Origin: Promethearchaeota archaeon
GTDB taxonomy: Archaea > Asgardarchaeota > Lokiarchaeia > Sigyniarchaeales > SOKP01
Reading direction: 5' to 3'
Length of the DNA: 32,485 bases
Assembly (NCBI GenBank): GCA_048938025.1
Contig: JBHLMP010000042.1
Coordinates: 1-32,485 of the forward strand
Shown here: one piece after another, positions 1 through 8,663 of the stretch
How positions within the stretch are numbered: position 1 is the first letter of the stretch
How the letters are laid out: each line of letters starts with the position of its first letter
Translations under genes and position numbers: made by a program
The notes under the pieces: generated by a model
The model's database searches: none
What the model saw: the letters and a program-made list of their open reading frames with translations, nothing else
Told to the model about the DNA's origin: nothing

Positions 1-1722
1 AGTCTTGGATTTGAAATTGATGATTATTTTGAATTCGTGTGTACAGAATTAGATATTACTGAATTAAATAGTGTGTTTGGTGGAGATTGGGCAACTAATG
101 TAGGATATTATATGTGGTGGAGTGGTAGTGTAGCACCGAGTGCTCTTGGTCAGAAGTCCAAATTTGCAATTGTTAATATTACGGATCATCCTACTTATAC
201 TGATTGGTGGCGAATTACTTATGATGGATGGGGATGGATAGATAAAGTTAATTCTTTTGGAGTTACTCCAGTAAGAGATGATTACAGTTATAACATCCCT
301 ATGAATCCCTCGGGAGAACTTTGGAATCCCAGTGTGTGGATAATAGGAAGACCAGTAAGTGTATACCTTGCAAATGTATCATATGACACGGGATACTCCA
401 TCTATGAAAATATTATTTATTACACTGGAACCGACATAGGAAATTTCGAAGTGAATTGGATTTATGATGAAAATACTGGTATAGTAAAGAATTTTGTGAT
501 TAAAAACGATGTTGATACTGTTATTTTCGAATTATGGGGATTTGAGCTAAAAATCCAACCCATTGAAACTTATAACTGGATTGTAACCGAATTAAATACA
601 GCGGAATTAGAAGATGTTTTTGGATCGGATTGGGATTTAGATTTAAGAAATACTTATTGTTGGTGGGCGTTAAATGTTCCGTCTGAAGTGGGTAATAAAT
701 CAAAATTAGAAATAGCTTCTGTTTTAAATCATCCTAGTCTCGATGATTGGTATCAATTTTATGTGGATGGATGGAATTGGAAGGATAAAGAATTATTACA
801 CGGATTATTACCAGATAGAGATGATGTAACATATAGTTTGCCTATGGATCCAACTGGAGTTTATTGGAATCCATCTGTTTGGCTAATTGCTACACCTGTG
901 GTAACATTTTTAGAGGAACTTTCATATTATGGTGGAACTAGTGCTTCAGGAAAGATAGTAACCGAATCAAATACTGATGTTGAAGCTTATGAAGCTATAT
1001 GGACTTATGATGAAAATCTTGGTGTTACAGAGCTTTTCCAAATTAAAAATTCAGCAGGTGACACCATCTTTGAGGTAATTCTCCTCGAGTTCAAAATTCC
1101 TGTTGGAAGTGAATTCGAATGGAAAGTGAGCAAATTAAATACTGGTGAATTGGAAAATGTATTTGGAGTTTCTTGGGAAACTGATATACAATCTCTTTTT
1201 GGAACAGATTGTAATCAGATTGATGCTAAAATGAAAAGAAAAATCAATGACATCATCTTAGACGGGAGCGTATGGTATGTATATTATGATGTATGGGATT
1301 GGACTGCTAATAGTTTTAGCTCAGAACCGAATTATACCACAGGCACGAGTTTATATTGCGATCCTGAAGATGGATTTTGGGGAAGTTGGATATGGTTTGT
1401 ACCAGTTCCTGCTTATTATTATTTAGTAGGACGTTCATATACCGCCGGAACTGAATTATCTGGGTTAACCGTTATTCAAAATGACACTGCTATTGAAGAT
1501 TTTCAAATAAAATACATATATGATGAAATTCTTGGTGTTTATAAGACCGTTCAGCTACTTAATGATGGAAATACTGTAATCTTTGAATATAATCTAATAT
1601 CTGCTAAAGCAGATAAGGATGGAGATATACCCGGATATGATTTATATGTATTAATAAGTACAACGTTCCTGATTATCGGTTTTTCATCAATAATCTTTTA
1701 CAGGAAATTAAAAAAATACTAA
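1..1722 (+). CDS. Cell-surface protein with three ~175-aa tandem domains and a Loki-CTERM/PGF-CTERM-like sorting tail (5'-partial)
   Basis: Frame is open from base 1 (SLGFEIDDYFEFVCTEL...). Repeats start xTELxxxELxxVFGxxW and end with IFE. C-terminus is IPGY + hydrophobic helix + RKLKKY. Confidence 0.75.
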   Translation, partial: SLGFEIDDYFEFVCTELDITELNSVFGGDWATNVGYYMWWSGSVAPSALGQKSKFAIVNITDHPTYTDWWRITYDGWGWIDKVNSFGVTPVRDDYSYNIPMNPSGELWNPSVWIIGRPVSVYLANVSYDTGYSIYENIIYYTGTDIGNFEVNWIYDENTGIVKNFVIKNDVDTVIFELWGFELKIQPIETYNWIVTELNTAELEDVFGSDWDLDLRNTYCWWALNVPSEVGNKSKLEIASVLNHPSLDDWYQFYVDGWNWKDKELLHGLLPDRDDVTYSLPMDPTGVYWNPSVWLIATPVVTFLEELSYYGGTSASGKIVTESNTDVEAYEAIWTYDENLGVTELFQIKNSAGDTIFEVILLEFKIPVGSEFEWKVSKLNTGELENVFGVSWETDIQSLFGTDCNQIDAKMKRKINDIILDGSVWYVYYDVWDWTANSFSSEPNYTTGTSLYCDPEDGFWGSWIWFVPVPAYYYLVGRSYTAGTELSGLTVIQNDTAIEDFQIKYIYDEILGVYKTVQLLNDGNTVIFEYNLISAKADKDGDIPGYDLYVLISTTFLIIGFSSIIFYRKLKKY

Positions 1723-1731
1723 AATTTTCCC

Positions 1732-1743
1732 TTTTTTTTTTTT
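1732..1743 (+). terminator. Oligo-T archaeal terminator
   Basis: T12 run 10 nt after the stop codon at 1722. Confidence 0.55.
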
Positions 1744-1958
1744 AATTTAATTTTGAAACGTAATGATCATTCTAAGTAAAAAAAAATTATTTAATATTTT
1801 ATAGATAAATTTACTTCTATGTTCATTTAAATAATAGTCTAAATAAGAAGTTATAAACTACCTTTTTTTCAAGTACTATACACATCTATTTTACAAAAAT
1901 CTTAAATAACTATATATTATCTTTTTACATACAAGTCTTACATTTTTGGCGAATTGAA

Positions 1959-3281
1959 ATGAAACGAAAAATTAAATCAAAATTATTATTGTGCATAATT
2001 ATAGTTAGTTTAGCTTTAGCTGGAATTATTCGTGATGAATTCAGCGTAAAGTGTGTGGATGATATTCAAAATGCGAAAAATGATATTACATCTGATTTGA
2101 GGGATGCTTCTGGTGATTGGAACCCTCCAATTAACAAATCCGTAGGAGATTCTCCTCATAGTCTATTTATCGGGGATGTCAATAATGATGGATATAACGA
2201 TATTGCCACTGCAAATACTGGTTCTGATGATGTCTCAATTCTTTTATGGAATAGTACTTCAGGTGATTGGGATCCCCAAATTAACAAATCTGTAGGAGAT
2301 ACTCCTCATAGTGTATTTATCGGGGATGCCAATAATGATGGGTATGATGACATTGCCACAGCTAACCATGGTTGTGATAATGTCTCAATTCTTTTATGGA
2401 ACAGTACTTCAGATGATTGGAACCTCCAAATTACCAAATCCGTGGGACAATATCCTCTTAGTGTATTTATCGGGGATGCTAATAATGATGGATATAATGA
2501 TATTGCCACTGTAAGTGTGAGTTTTGATAATGTCTCAATTCTTTTATGGAATAGTACTTCAGGTGATTGGGATCCCCAAATTACCAAATCTGTAGGAGAT
2601 ACTCCTCATAGTGTATTTATCGGGGATGCTAATAATGATGGATATAACGATACTGCCACTGCAAATTATTATTCTGATGATGTTTCAATTCTTTTATGGA
2701 ACAGTACTTCAGGTGATTGGGATCCCCAAATTACCAAATCCGTAGGACATGGTCCTTTTAGTGTATTTATCGGGGATGCCAATAATGATGGATATAATGA
2801 TATTGCCACTGCTAACCAGATTTCTTATTCTGTCTCAATTCTTTTATGGAACAATACTTCAGGTAATTGGGATCCCCAAATTACTAAATCCGTAGGAGAT
2901 GAACCTTTTAGTGTATTTATCGGGGATGTCAATAATGATGGGTATAATGATATTGCCACTGCAAATTTGGATTCTGATGATGTCTCAATATTTTTATGGA
3001 AAAGTGCTTCTGGTGATTGGAAACCCCAGATTACAAAATCCGTAGGAGATAAACCTTTTAGTGTATTTATCGGGGATGCCAATAATGATGGATTTAATGA
3101 TATTGCTACAGCAAATTTGGATTCTAATGATGTCTCAATATTATTGTGGACCAAAGTATATGAACCACTAAAAGAATTTCCATTAGCCCTAATCATAGTC
3201 ATCTCAGCAATTAGTGCTGGAGCAATTATAGGATTAGTAGGTATATTTTGGTATAGAAGGAAAGGAAGAAAAATATCATAA
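1959..3281 (+). CDS. Membrane-anchored FG-GAP/VCBS-repeat seven-bladed beta-propeller protein
   Basis: N-terminal signal peptide. Seven 50-aa repeats with a GDxNNDGYND Ca-binding motif. C-terminal TM helix followed by RRKGRK. Confidence 0.85.
   Translation: MKRKIKSKLLLCIIIVSLALAGIIRDEFSVKCVDDIQNAKNDITSDLRDASGDWNPPINKSVGDSPHSLFIGDVNNDGYNDIATANTGSDDVSILLWNSTSGDWDPQINKSVGDTPHSVFIGDANNDGYDDIATANHGCDNVSILLWNSTSDDWNLQITKSVGQYPLSVFIGDANNDGYNDIATVSVSFDNVSILLWNSTSGDWDPQITKSVGDTPHSVFIGDANNDGYNDTATANYYSDDVSILLWNSTSGDWDPQITKSVGHGPFSVFIGDANNDGYNDIATANQISYSVSILLWNNTSGNWDPQITKSVGDEPFSVFIGDVNNDGYNDIATANLDSDDVSIFLWKSASGDWKPQITKSVGDKPFSVFIGDANNDGFNDIATANLDSNDVSILLWTKVYEPLKEFPLALIIVISAISAGAIIGLVGIFWYRRKGRKIS
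2109..3158 (+). repeat. Seven tandem 150-bp coding repeats
   Basis: Near-identical units, e.g. tatttatcggggatgNNaataatgatgg recurring every 150 bp. Confidence 0.95.
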
Positions 3282-3376
3282 ATAAACTAAACTTTTGTTT
3301 ATTTCCTATATGACCCATTCACACGATTAGTAGCTCGATAGATGTATCCAAAAGGAACCTTTTCACTTTTATCCAT
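3280..3376 (-). pseudogene. Truncated GIY-YIG nuclease remnant
   Basis: 3376-3299 translates to MDKSEKVPFGYIYRATNRVNGSYRK*. A shifted frame continues HIGNKQKF*. This resembles the GIY-YIG motif GYIYxxTNxxNGKxYIG. Confidence 0.55.
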
Positions 3377-3576
3377 TTTTGAATTATTGTCTATTTTACA
3401 TGTATCTCAAAACAATTATTTAAACTTCAATCGTAAAAAAAAATCCTCATGAGACAATGAGCTAAAGAAATTTTTGTTTAAATAGATCCATCAATAAAAC
3501 TAGTAATTATAAAAAAAAATGGAGTTGAGTTATCATAACAGAAAATCAAATAAATGAAAACGAAAGTCCAAAATAT

Positions 3577-3762
3577 ATGACTATAGATGAAGTTATTAAA
3601 TTACTCGTAGAAGTGAGAGTTGACCTAACAGCATTAAAAAAAACAGTCAACTCACTAAAAATAAAAGAAATAAAAGAGCAGTTAAAGTGGGCTATTAACG
3701 GAATAGATATCGTTGGATGTGAACTTGCCCAAAATATCGCTAAAAAATTACAAGAAAAATAG
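3577..3762 (+). CDS. Small hypothetical helical protein (61 aa)
   Basis: ATG-started ORF with amphipathic heptad pattern, convergent with the thermosome gene. Confidence 0.55.
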   Translation: MTIDEVIKLLVEVRVDLTALKKTVNSLKIKEIKEQLKWAINGIDIVGCELAQNIAKKLQEK

Positions 3763-3794
3763 AAAGAAAAAATAAAGTAAAAAGATAATTAGAT

Positions 3795-5480
3795 TTAATA
3801 CATATCTGGAGGATATCCTCCCATACCACCCATACCCCCCATTCCAGGCGGCATACCACCAGGACCACCAGGAGGCATCCCTGGAGGCATAGCGCTTTTA
3901 GCTCCGGCAATTACATCATCGATGCGTAAAATCATGGAAGTTGCTTCGGTCGAGCTTTTAATAGCTTGAACTTTGACGACAGATGGTTCGACGACGCCCA
4001 CTTTAGCCATGTCATCAATTACATTGCCAGTATCTAGATCAGTACCCGCAAATTTATTGCCTTTTTGATGGGAAGCTCTTAACTTCATTAAAGTATCAAT
4101 TTGATCTAGGCCAGCATTTTCAGCTAAGGTTTTTGGGATTATATCAAGGCTATCAGCAAAGATTTCTACTGCTAATTGTTCACGACCACCTAAAGTAGAG
4201 GCGTACTTTCTCAATTGAATTGCGGTTTCTATTTCTGGAGCGCCTCCACCACCAACGAGTTTTTGATCTTCAACGACATCTCTCACTACGCAAAGGGCAT
4301 CATGAATGGCTCTCTCAGCTTCATCGACAACAAGTTCAGTACCCCCTCTGATTAAAATTACAACAGATTTAGGATCTTTACATTCTTCAATAAAAATCCA
4401 GCTATCGTTCATAATTTTACGTTCTTCTACTAGTCCTGCCCAACCTAGTGTATTTTCAGTTACATCATCAAGATTCGTGAAAATCATCCCACCAGTAGCT
4501 TTTGATAGTTTTTCAAGGTCTGATTTTTTTACTCTTCTAACAGCCATAATTCCAGCTTTAGATAAGAAATGCTGAGCCATATCATCTATACCTTTCTGAC
4601 AGATAACTACATTAGCTCCAGAATTAACGATTTTCTCAGCCATAGTCCTTAACATCTTCTCTTCTTCATCAAGGAATTGTTGAATTTGTTCAGGGCTAGT
4701 AATTTGGAGTTTAGTGTCAAATTCTGTCTTTTCAATTTCTATTGCACTTTGTAAGAGTAAGATTTTTGCATCTTTAACGATTTTTGGCATGCCAGGGCTT
4801 ACGACTTCTTTATCAAGAATGATACCCTTAATTAAAATAGTATCATCAATGCTTTCTCCTTCTTTTTTTTGAATTTGAACCTTTTCGATATCAGCAACCC
4901 AATTATCATTACTGTCCTTTTCAGCAATAGCCTCAATAGCATTCATACAGATTTTGGCTAACTGTTCTTTACTTTCTGAAACAAGTTTTGATGACATACA
5001 TGTCATAGCCGCGTTTTTTAAACCTTCCTTATCTTCAATGCCGCTTTTGATTGATATATTCTCTAAAATTTCAATAGCTTTTTCTGATGCCTTCCTAAAA
5101 CCTTCCGTTATCACCGTAGGATGGATTTTTTGTTCCAAAAGTTTCTTAGCGCGTTTTAAAAGTTCTCCAGCAAGAATTACAGATGTTGTTGTCCCATCAC
5201 CAACTTCAGAATCCTGAGTTTTTGCAACTTCGACCATCATTTTAGCTGCTGGATGTTGAACATCAATTTCTTTAAGAATTGTTGCACCATCATTCGTAAT
5301 GACTACATCTCCGAATTGATCTACAAGCATTTTGTCCATTCCCCGTGGTCCTAATGATGTTCTAACTGCTTCTGCAATTACTATGGCAGCAGCAATATTG
5401 TTTTCCAATGCATCCTTACCGCGAGTTCTCTCTGTGCCTTCTTTCATTATAAATACAGGAGTTCCACCTAATTGTGCCAT
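3795..5480 (-). CDS. ths: Thermosome subunit (group II chaperonin)
   Basis: LGPRGMDKM, TNDGATIL, GDGTTT and GGGAPE motifs; Gly/Met/Pro-rich tail. Confidence 0.97.
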   Translation of the reverse strand: MAQLGGTPVFIMKEGTERTRGKDALENNIAAAIVIAEAVRTSLGPRGMDKMLVDQFGDVVITNDGATILKEIDVQHPAAKMMVEVAKTQDSEVGDGTTTSVILAGELLKRAKKLLEQKIHPTVITEGFRKASEKAIEILENISIKSGIEDKEGLKNAAMTCMSSKLVSESKEQLAKICMNAIEAIAEKDSNDNWVADIEKVQIQKKEGESIDDTILIKGIILDKEVVSPGMPKIVKDAKILLLQSAIEIEKTEFDTKLQITSPEQIQQFLDEEEKMLRTMAEKIVNSGANVVICQKGIDDMAQHFLSKAGIMAVRRVKKSDLEKLSKATGGMIFTNLDDVTENTLGWAGLVEERKIMNDSWIFIEECKDPKSVVILIRGGTELVVDEAERAIHDALCVVRDVVEDQKLVGGGGAPEIETAIQLRKYASTLGGREQLAVEIFADSLDIIPKTLAENAGLDQIDTLMKLRASHQKGNKFAGTDLDTGNVIDDMAKVGVVEPSVVKVQAIKSSTEATSMILRIDDVIAGAKSAMPPGMPPGGPGGMPPGMGGMGGMGGYPPDMY

Positions 5481-5643
5481 TATTTTTCACGTTCTGTAAA
5501 TTTTATTTTGATTTAATTTTGATTTTCAATGATTATATATATAATGATCTCTAAGTCATAAAATTAAAAAAGTTTACGATTTTTTTGTATTTTTTTAAAT
5601 CTAGGGCTGAGAATATAAATTAATGAAATAGTTTAAAAAAAAT

Positions 5644-5922
5644 TTAGCTAATTTTTACTTTAAAGTTACTAGTAAAATAATTCAAGTTAGCTTTTTCCTT
5701 ACCAATAGTGGAATGTTTATCTACCTTATAAATAATTATTTCTTTTATGTCAGGTTTATAAATAGGTGGATGATGTTTTTCTTTTAAGGTAAGGAACTTG
5801 TCTCCTCCGTTTGAAAATTGCTGTAACTGATTTTCATTTATATGTCCTATTAAGCTTGTTAGGGACCCCCAATTATGATCAGAAAAAACAACCTCACACA
5901 AAAAATTATGATTTTCTGTCAT
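5644..5922 (-). CDS. Hypothetical protein (92 aa)
   Basis: ATG ORF filling the gap, co-oriented with its neighbours; no motif recognised. Confidence 0.55.
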   Translation of the reverse strand: MTENHNFLCEVVFSDHNWGSLTSLIGHINENQLQQFSNGGDKFLTLKEKHHPPIYKPDIKEIIIYKVDKHSTIGKEKANLNYFTSNFKVKIS

Positions 5923-6041
5923 AATATCCTTTTATTTTCCACCTATTTAAAGAAAAAGAGTATTAAGATTTTCAGACAAAAATGCTTGAAGGATTAATTA
6001 TGTAAATTCTTGAAATGAATAGAAAGTTTTTATAACATTAG

Positions 6042-7016
6042 TTACTTAATTAATTTTTTACCACAATAGGGACATTCTTTTAAACCTAAATTTCTTGCTA
6101 AAGCACAATGTTGACAATCTGGATTTGTTTCAAAAATTTGTTTGGAATATTTTTTTTGTGTTGTAGTTTTCCAATTATTTTCATAATATATAGATATGTG
6201 ATCAATCCCTTTACCAATTAAAACAAGAGTTACGATCACTTCAGGAATAATTATTACAATTATACCGGAAGGATAAGGAGGTGTTTGTATTAGAATAAAA
6301 ATTATGAAATAAATAATAAAAATTAATAGAAAAGAACCTATACTAATTAAGAATATTCCCTTGGACCTGTTACTTGCTAAACTGAAATACATACCAATGA
6401 AAAATAACATTCCCCCAATAAAAATTCCAATAACAGGAATCCATGGACGTGGACCAATAAAGTATCCAGCTCCTTTTTTTTTAACTAAAGGCAAAGTGAA
6501 GAATATTACTCCAAAAACGCTTAATATAACTAATCCGATTCCAATAAATAATAATGGAGATAATTTTTTTCGTTCCGTCATTAGACGTATATACTTCCTT
6601 TTATTTTTAGATAATTGTACTGTGGTAAGAATCTGTTGAATCCCTTTACCAATTAAAACAAGAGTTACGATCACTTCTGGAATAATTGGATAAATTTCAC
6701 CAATGAAATAAGGATATGTTGCTATAATAATAGGAATTATAGCATAAAGCTCAAAAATTAATAGAAAGGAACCCATACAAATTAAGAATATTCCCTTGGA
6801 CCTGTTACTTGGTAAATTGAAATATATACCAAGGAAAAGTAAAATTCCCCCTATAAAAATTCCAATAAAAGGAATCCATGGAAGTGGACCCATAAAGTAT
6901 CCAGCTCCTTTTTTTTTTAGTAAAGGCAAAGTAAAAAATATTACTCCAAAGATGCTTAATATAATTAGTCCAATTCCAATAATCAATAATGGAGAGATTT
7001 TTTCACGATCTATCAT
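6042..7016 (-). CDS. Polytopic membrane protein, internally duplicated, with C-terminal zinc ribbon
   Basis: Two ~145-aa four-TM units; CQHC...CPYC at the C-terminus. Confidence 0.8.
   Translation of the reverse strand: MIDREKISPLLIIGIGLIILSIFGVIFFTLPLLKKKGAGYFMGPLPWIPFIGIFIGGILLFLGIYFNLPSNRSKGIFLICMGSFLLIFELYAIIPIIIATYPYFIGEIYPIIPEVIVTLVLIGKGIQQILTTVQLSKNKRKYIRLMTERKKLSPLLFIGIGLVILSVFGVIFFTLPLVKKKGAGYFIGPRPWIPVIGIFIGGMLFFIGMYFSLASNRSKGIFLISIGSFLLIFIIYFIIFILIQTPPYPSGIIVIIIPEVIVTLVLIGKGIDHISIYYENNWKTTTQKKYSKQIFETNPDCQHCALARNLGLKECPYCGKKLIK
6205..7016. repeat. 435-bp-period intragenic tandem duplication
   Basis: atccctttaccaattaaaacaagagttacgatcacttc at ~6205 and ~6640; ttggacctgttacttg at 6361 and 6796. 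Confidence 0.9.
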
Positions 7017-7162
7017 TAGGTATATGTTCTTCCTGAGATTTCACATTACAACTAGTTAGGGTCATATTTAACTTTTTTGTAATTATGAAATTAAACGAAA
7101 AGTCATTTAATAAGCTTAAACAAGGTTTAAATTCTTAAAAGAAGTTGAAAAAACCCATAAAA

Positions 7163-7324
7163 TTACTTTGTAAGTTCTCTTTTTTTTAATCGTAAGTCTT
7201 TACCGTGACATCTTCGACATTTTTTGGCTCTGATAGGATTCAAAGCACCGCAACGTCTACATACTGATTTCTCCAATAAATGATATCTTGCTATTCTTCT
7301 CTTAACCGGGTCATCAATCGGCAA
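7163..7324 (-). CDS. rpl40e: 50S ribosomal protein eL40 (not in ORF track; TTG start)
   Basis: Translates to MPIDDPVKRRIARYHLLEKSVCRRCGALNPIRAKKCRRCHGKDLRLKKRELTK, with the CRRCxAxNPxRAxKCRRC signature. Confidence 0.95.
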   Translation of the reverse strand: MPIDDPVKRRIARYHLLEKSVCRRCGALNPIRAKKCRRCHGKDLRLKKRELTK

Positions 7325-7514
7325 TTTACTCAGTTCTTCTTTTTTATTTTGATTTAAAATTTAATTTAGAAAATACAATTATGGGAATAATTTTTAAAAA
7401 ATATGATTCAAAATAAAATTTTTGTTTAAAATTATTGAATAATATGATAAAATTAAAATTCTATAGATTATAGATCTACACATCATTACAATACTGAAAC
7501 TTAGCTGAAGAAAT

Positions 7515-7709
7515 TTGCCAAAAGAAATAGTTGATGAGGATAAGTTTTTAGAATTATCTGAATATGCAGTTCATTGCAGGGTAAAGAGGATTAAAGATAT
7601 AGTTAAGCTCAAACTTAGGACCAAGAGATATCTTTATACATATAAAACAGATCCAACATCAGCAGAACGTATATTAAGGAATATTGGTTGTGAGATTATA
7701 GAAATTTAA
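7515..7709 (+). CDS. rpl38e: Ribosomal protein eL38
   Basis: MPKEI start and KLKLRTKRYLYT motif; 64 aa. Confidence 0.88.
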   Translation: MPKEIVDEDKFLELSEYAVHCRVKRIKDIVKLKLRTKRYLYTYKTDPTSAERILRNIGCEIIEI

Positions 7710-7726
7710 TTTTAGGTCAAAATTGA

Positions 7727-8236
7727 ATGAAAGTTCTTCCAGCTTGTAAGACATGTGTAAACTCGGGATTTTTATGCACTAGTTGTCAGGAAAAATTAGA
7801 TACTGGAGAAATTACTGAATTTGAGCTAGATTTAGCCAAAGATTTGATTGGATTGGAAGATTCTGAGAAATTTGAATTTCTAAAAAATGTTTCTTTTCAT
7901 AAAGCAATTGATTACGAAGATGTTGTAATATTGGTTATTGGAAATAAGGATAAACTTAAAATATCATCAGAATTAATAGCTTGGGTAAAAGAAAAATATC
8001 AAATAGATGAAATTATATTAATTGAAAAAACAAGTAAGCCTAGACCAGTAGTAGAAGCATTAATTGCACCTAATAAATTGGTTTCGTTAAATGAAATCTT
8101 CTTAGCTACTGGTGACGTTCAATTTAGGGCAGTTCTTCGAGAGGAAGATAAACATAAAATTCTATTTACTAAAGAAGAACTAGAAGAATTGATTTTAGAA
8201 CTAACAGGAAATATTACTAGGATTGAGTTTCAATAG
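7727..8236 (+). CDS. NusA-like archaeal paralogue with N-terminal zinc finger
   Basis: CxxC...LCxxCQEKLDTGEITEFE N-terminus; typical position next to pth2-truD. Confidence 0.75.
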   Translation: MKVLPACKTCVNSGFLCTSCQEKLDTGEITEFELDLAKDLIGLEDSEKFEFLKNVSFHKAIDYEDVVILVIGNKDKLKISSELIAWVKEKYQIDEIILIEKTSKPRPVVEALIAPNKLVSLNEIFLATGDVQFRAVLREEDKHKILFTKEELEELILELTGNITRIEFQ

Positions 8237-8285
8237 TTAAGATTTAATTTACTAATTTCTTAAAATATAATAGGTTTAAGAAATC

Positions 8286-8642
8286 GTGGAAGAATATAAG
8301 CAAGTTATTTTAATAAGAACAGATCTTGAGATGGGAACTGGTAAAAAGTGTGCCCAATCTTGCCATGCTAGTGTTTCAGCTTCAGATTTAGTTCGAATTC
8401 AAAATAAAAATGTTTGGAAAAATTGGAAAACCTCTGGACAGAAAAAGATAGTTGTTAAAATAAAGAGTAAAGAAGAATTGAATGATATCATTATTAAACT
8501 TGAGAACCATAAACTACCCTACTTTATCGTAAAAGATGCTGGTCTTACTCAATTACCCCCAGGAACAACAACAGCAGTGGGTATTGGACCTGCCTTATCT
8601 ACAGAAATTGATAAGATTACAGGAGATTTAAAATTATTATAA
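8286..8642 (+). CDS. pth2: Peptidyl-tRNA hydrolase Pth2
   Basis: RTDLxMGxGKxxAQxxHA, GQKKIV and DAGLTQ...[10 protein letters not shown] motifs. Confidence 0.96.
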   Translation: MEEYKQVILIRTDLEMGTGKKCAQSCHASVSASDLVRIQNKNVWKNWKTSGQKKIVVKIKSKEELNDIIIKLENHKLPYFIVKDAGLTQLPPGTTTAVGIGPALSTEIDKITGDLKLL

Positions 8643-8663
8643 TCAGAATAACAGGCTATAAAG

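Noticed and set aside
2109-3158. CRISPR array or DGR variable repeats
   Set aside because: The units are in-frame 150-bp coding repeats without spacers. There is no reverse transcriptase or template repeat in the window, and T-ending codons fit the AT bias.
2306-3202. ORFs 2306-2587, 2311-2514 and 2825-3202
   Set aside because: Shadow frames of the repeat gene.
3450-3576. Possible decayed ORF (IDPSIKLVIIKKNGVELS)
   Set aside because: Short, interrupted by stops, and no recognisable motif.
4306-7059. Plus-strand ORFs 4306-4575, 4954-5217, 6361-6639 and 6796-7059
   Set aside because: Antisense shadows of the thermosome and the duplicated membrane gene.
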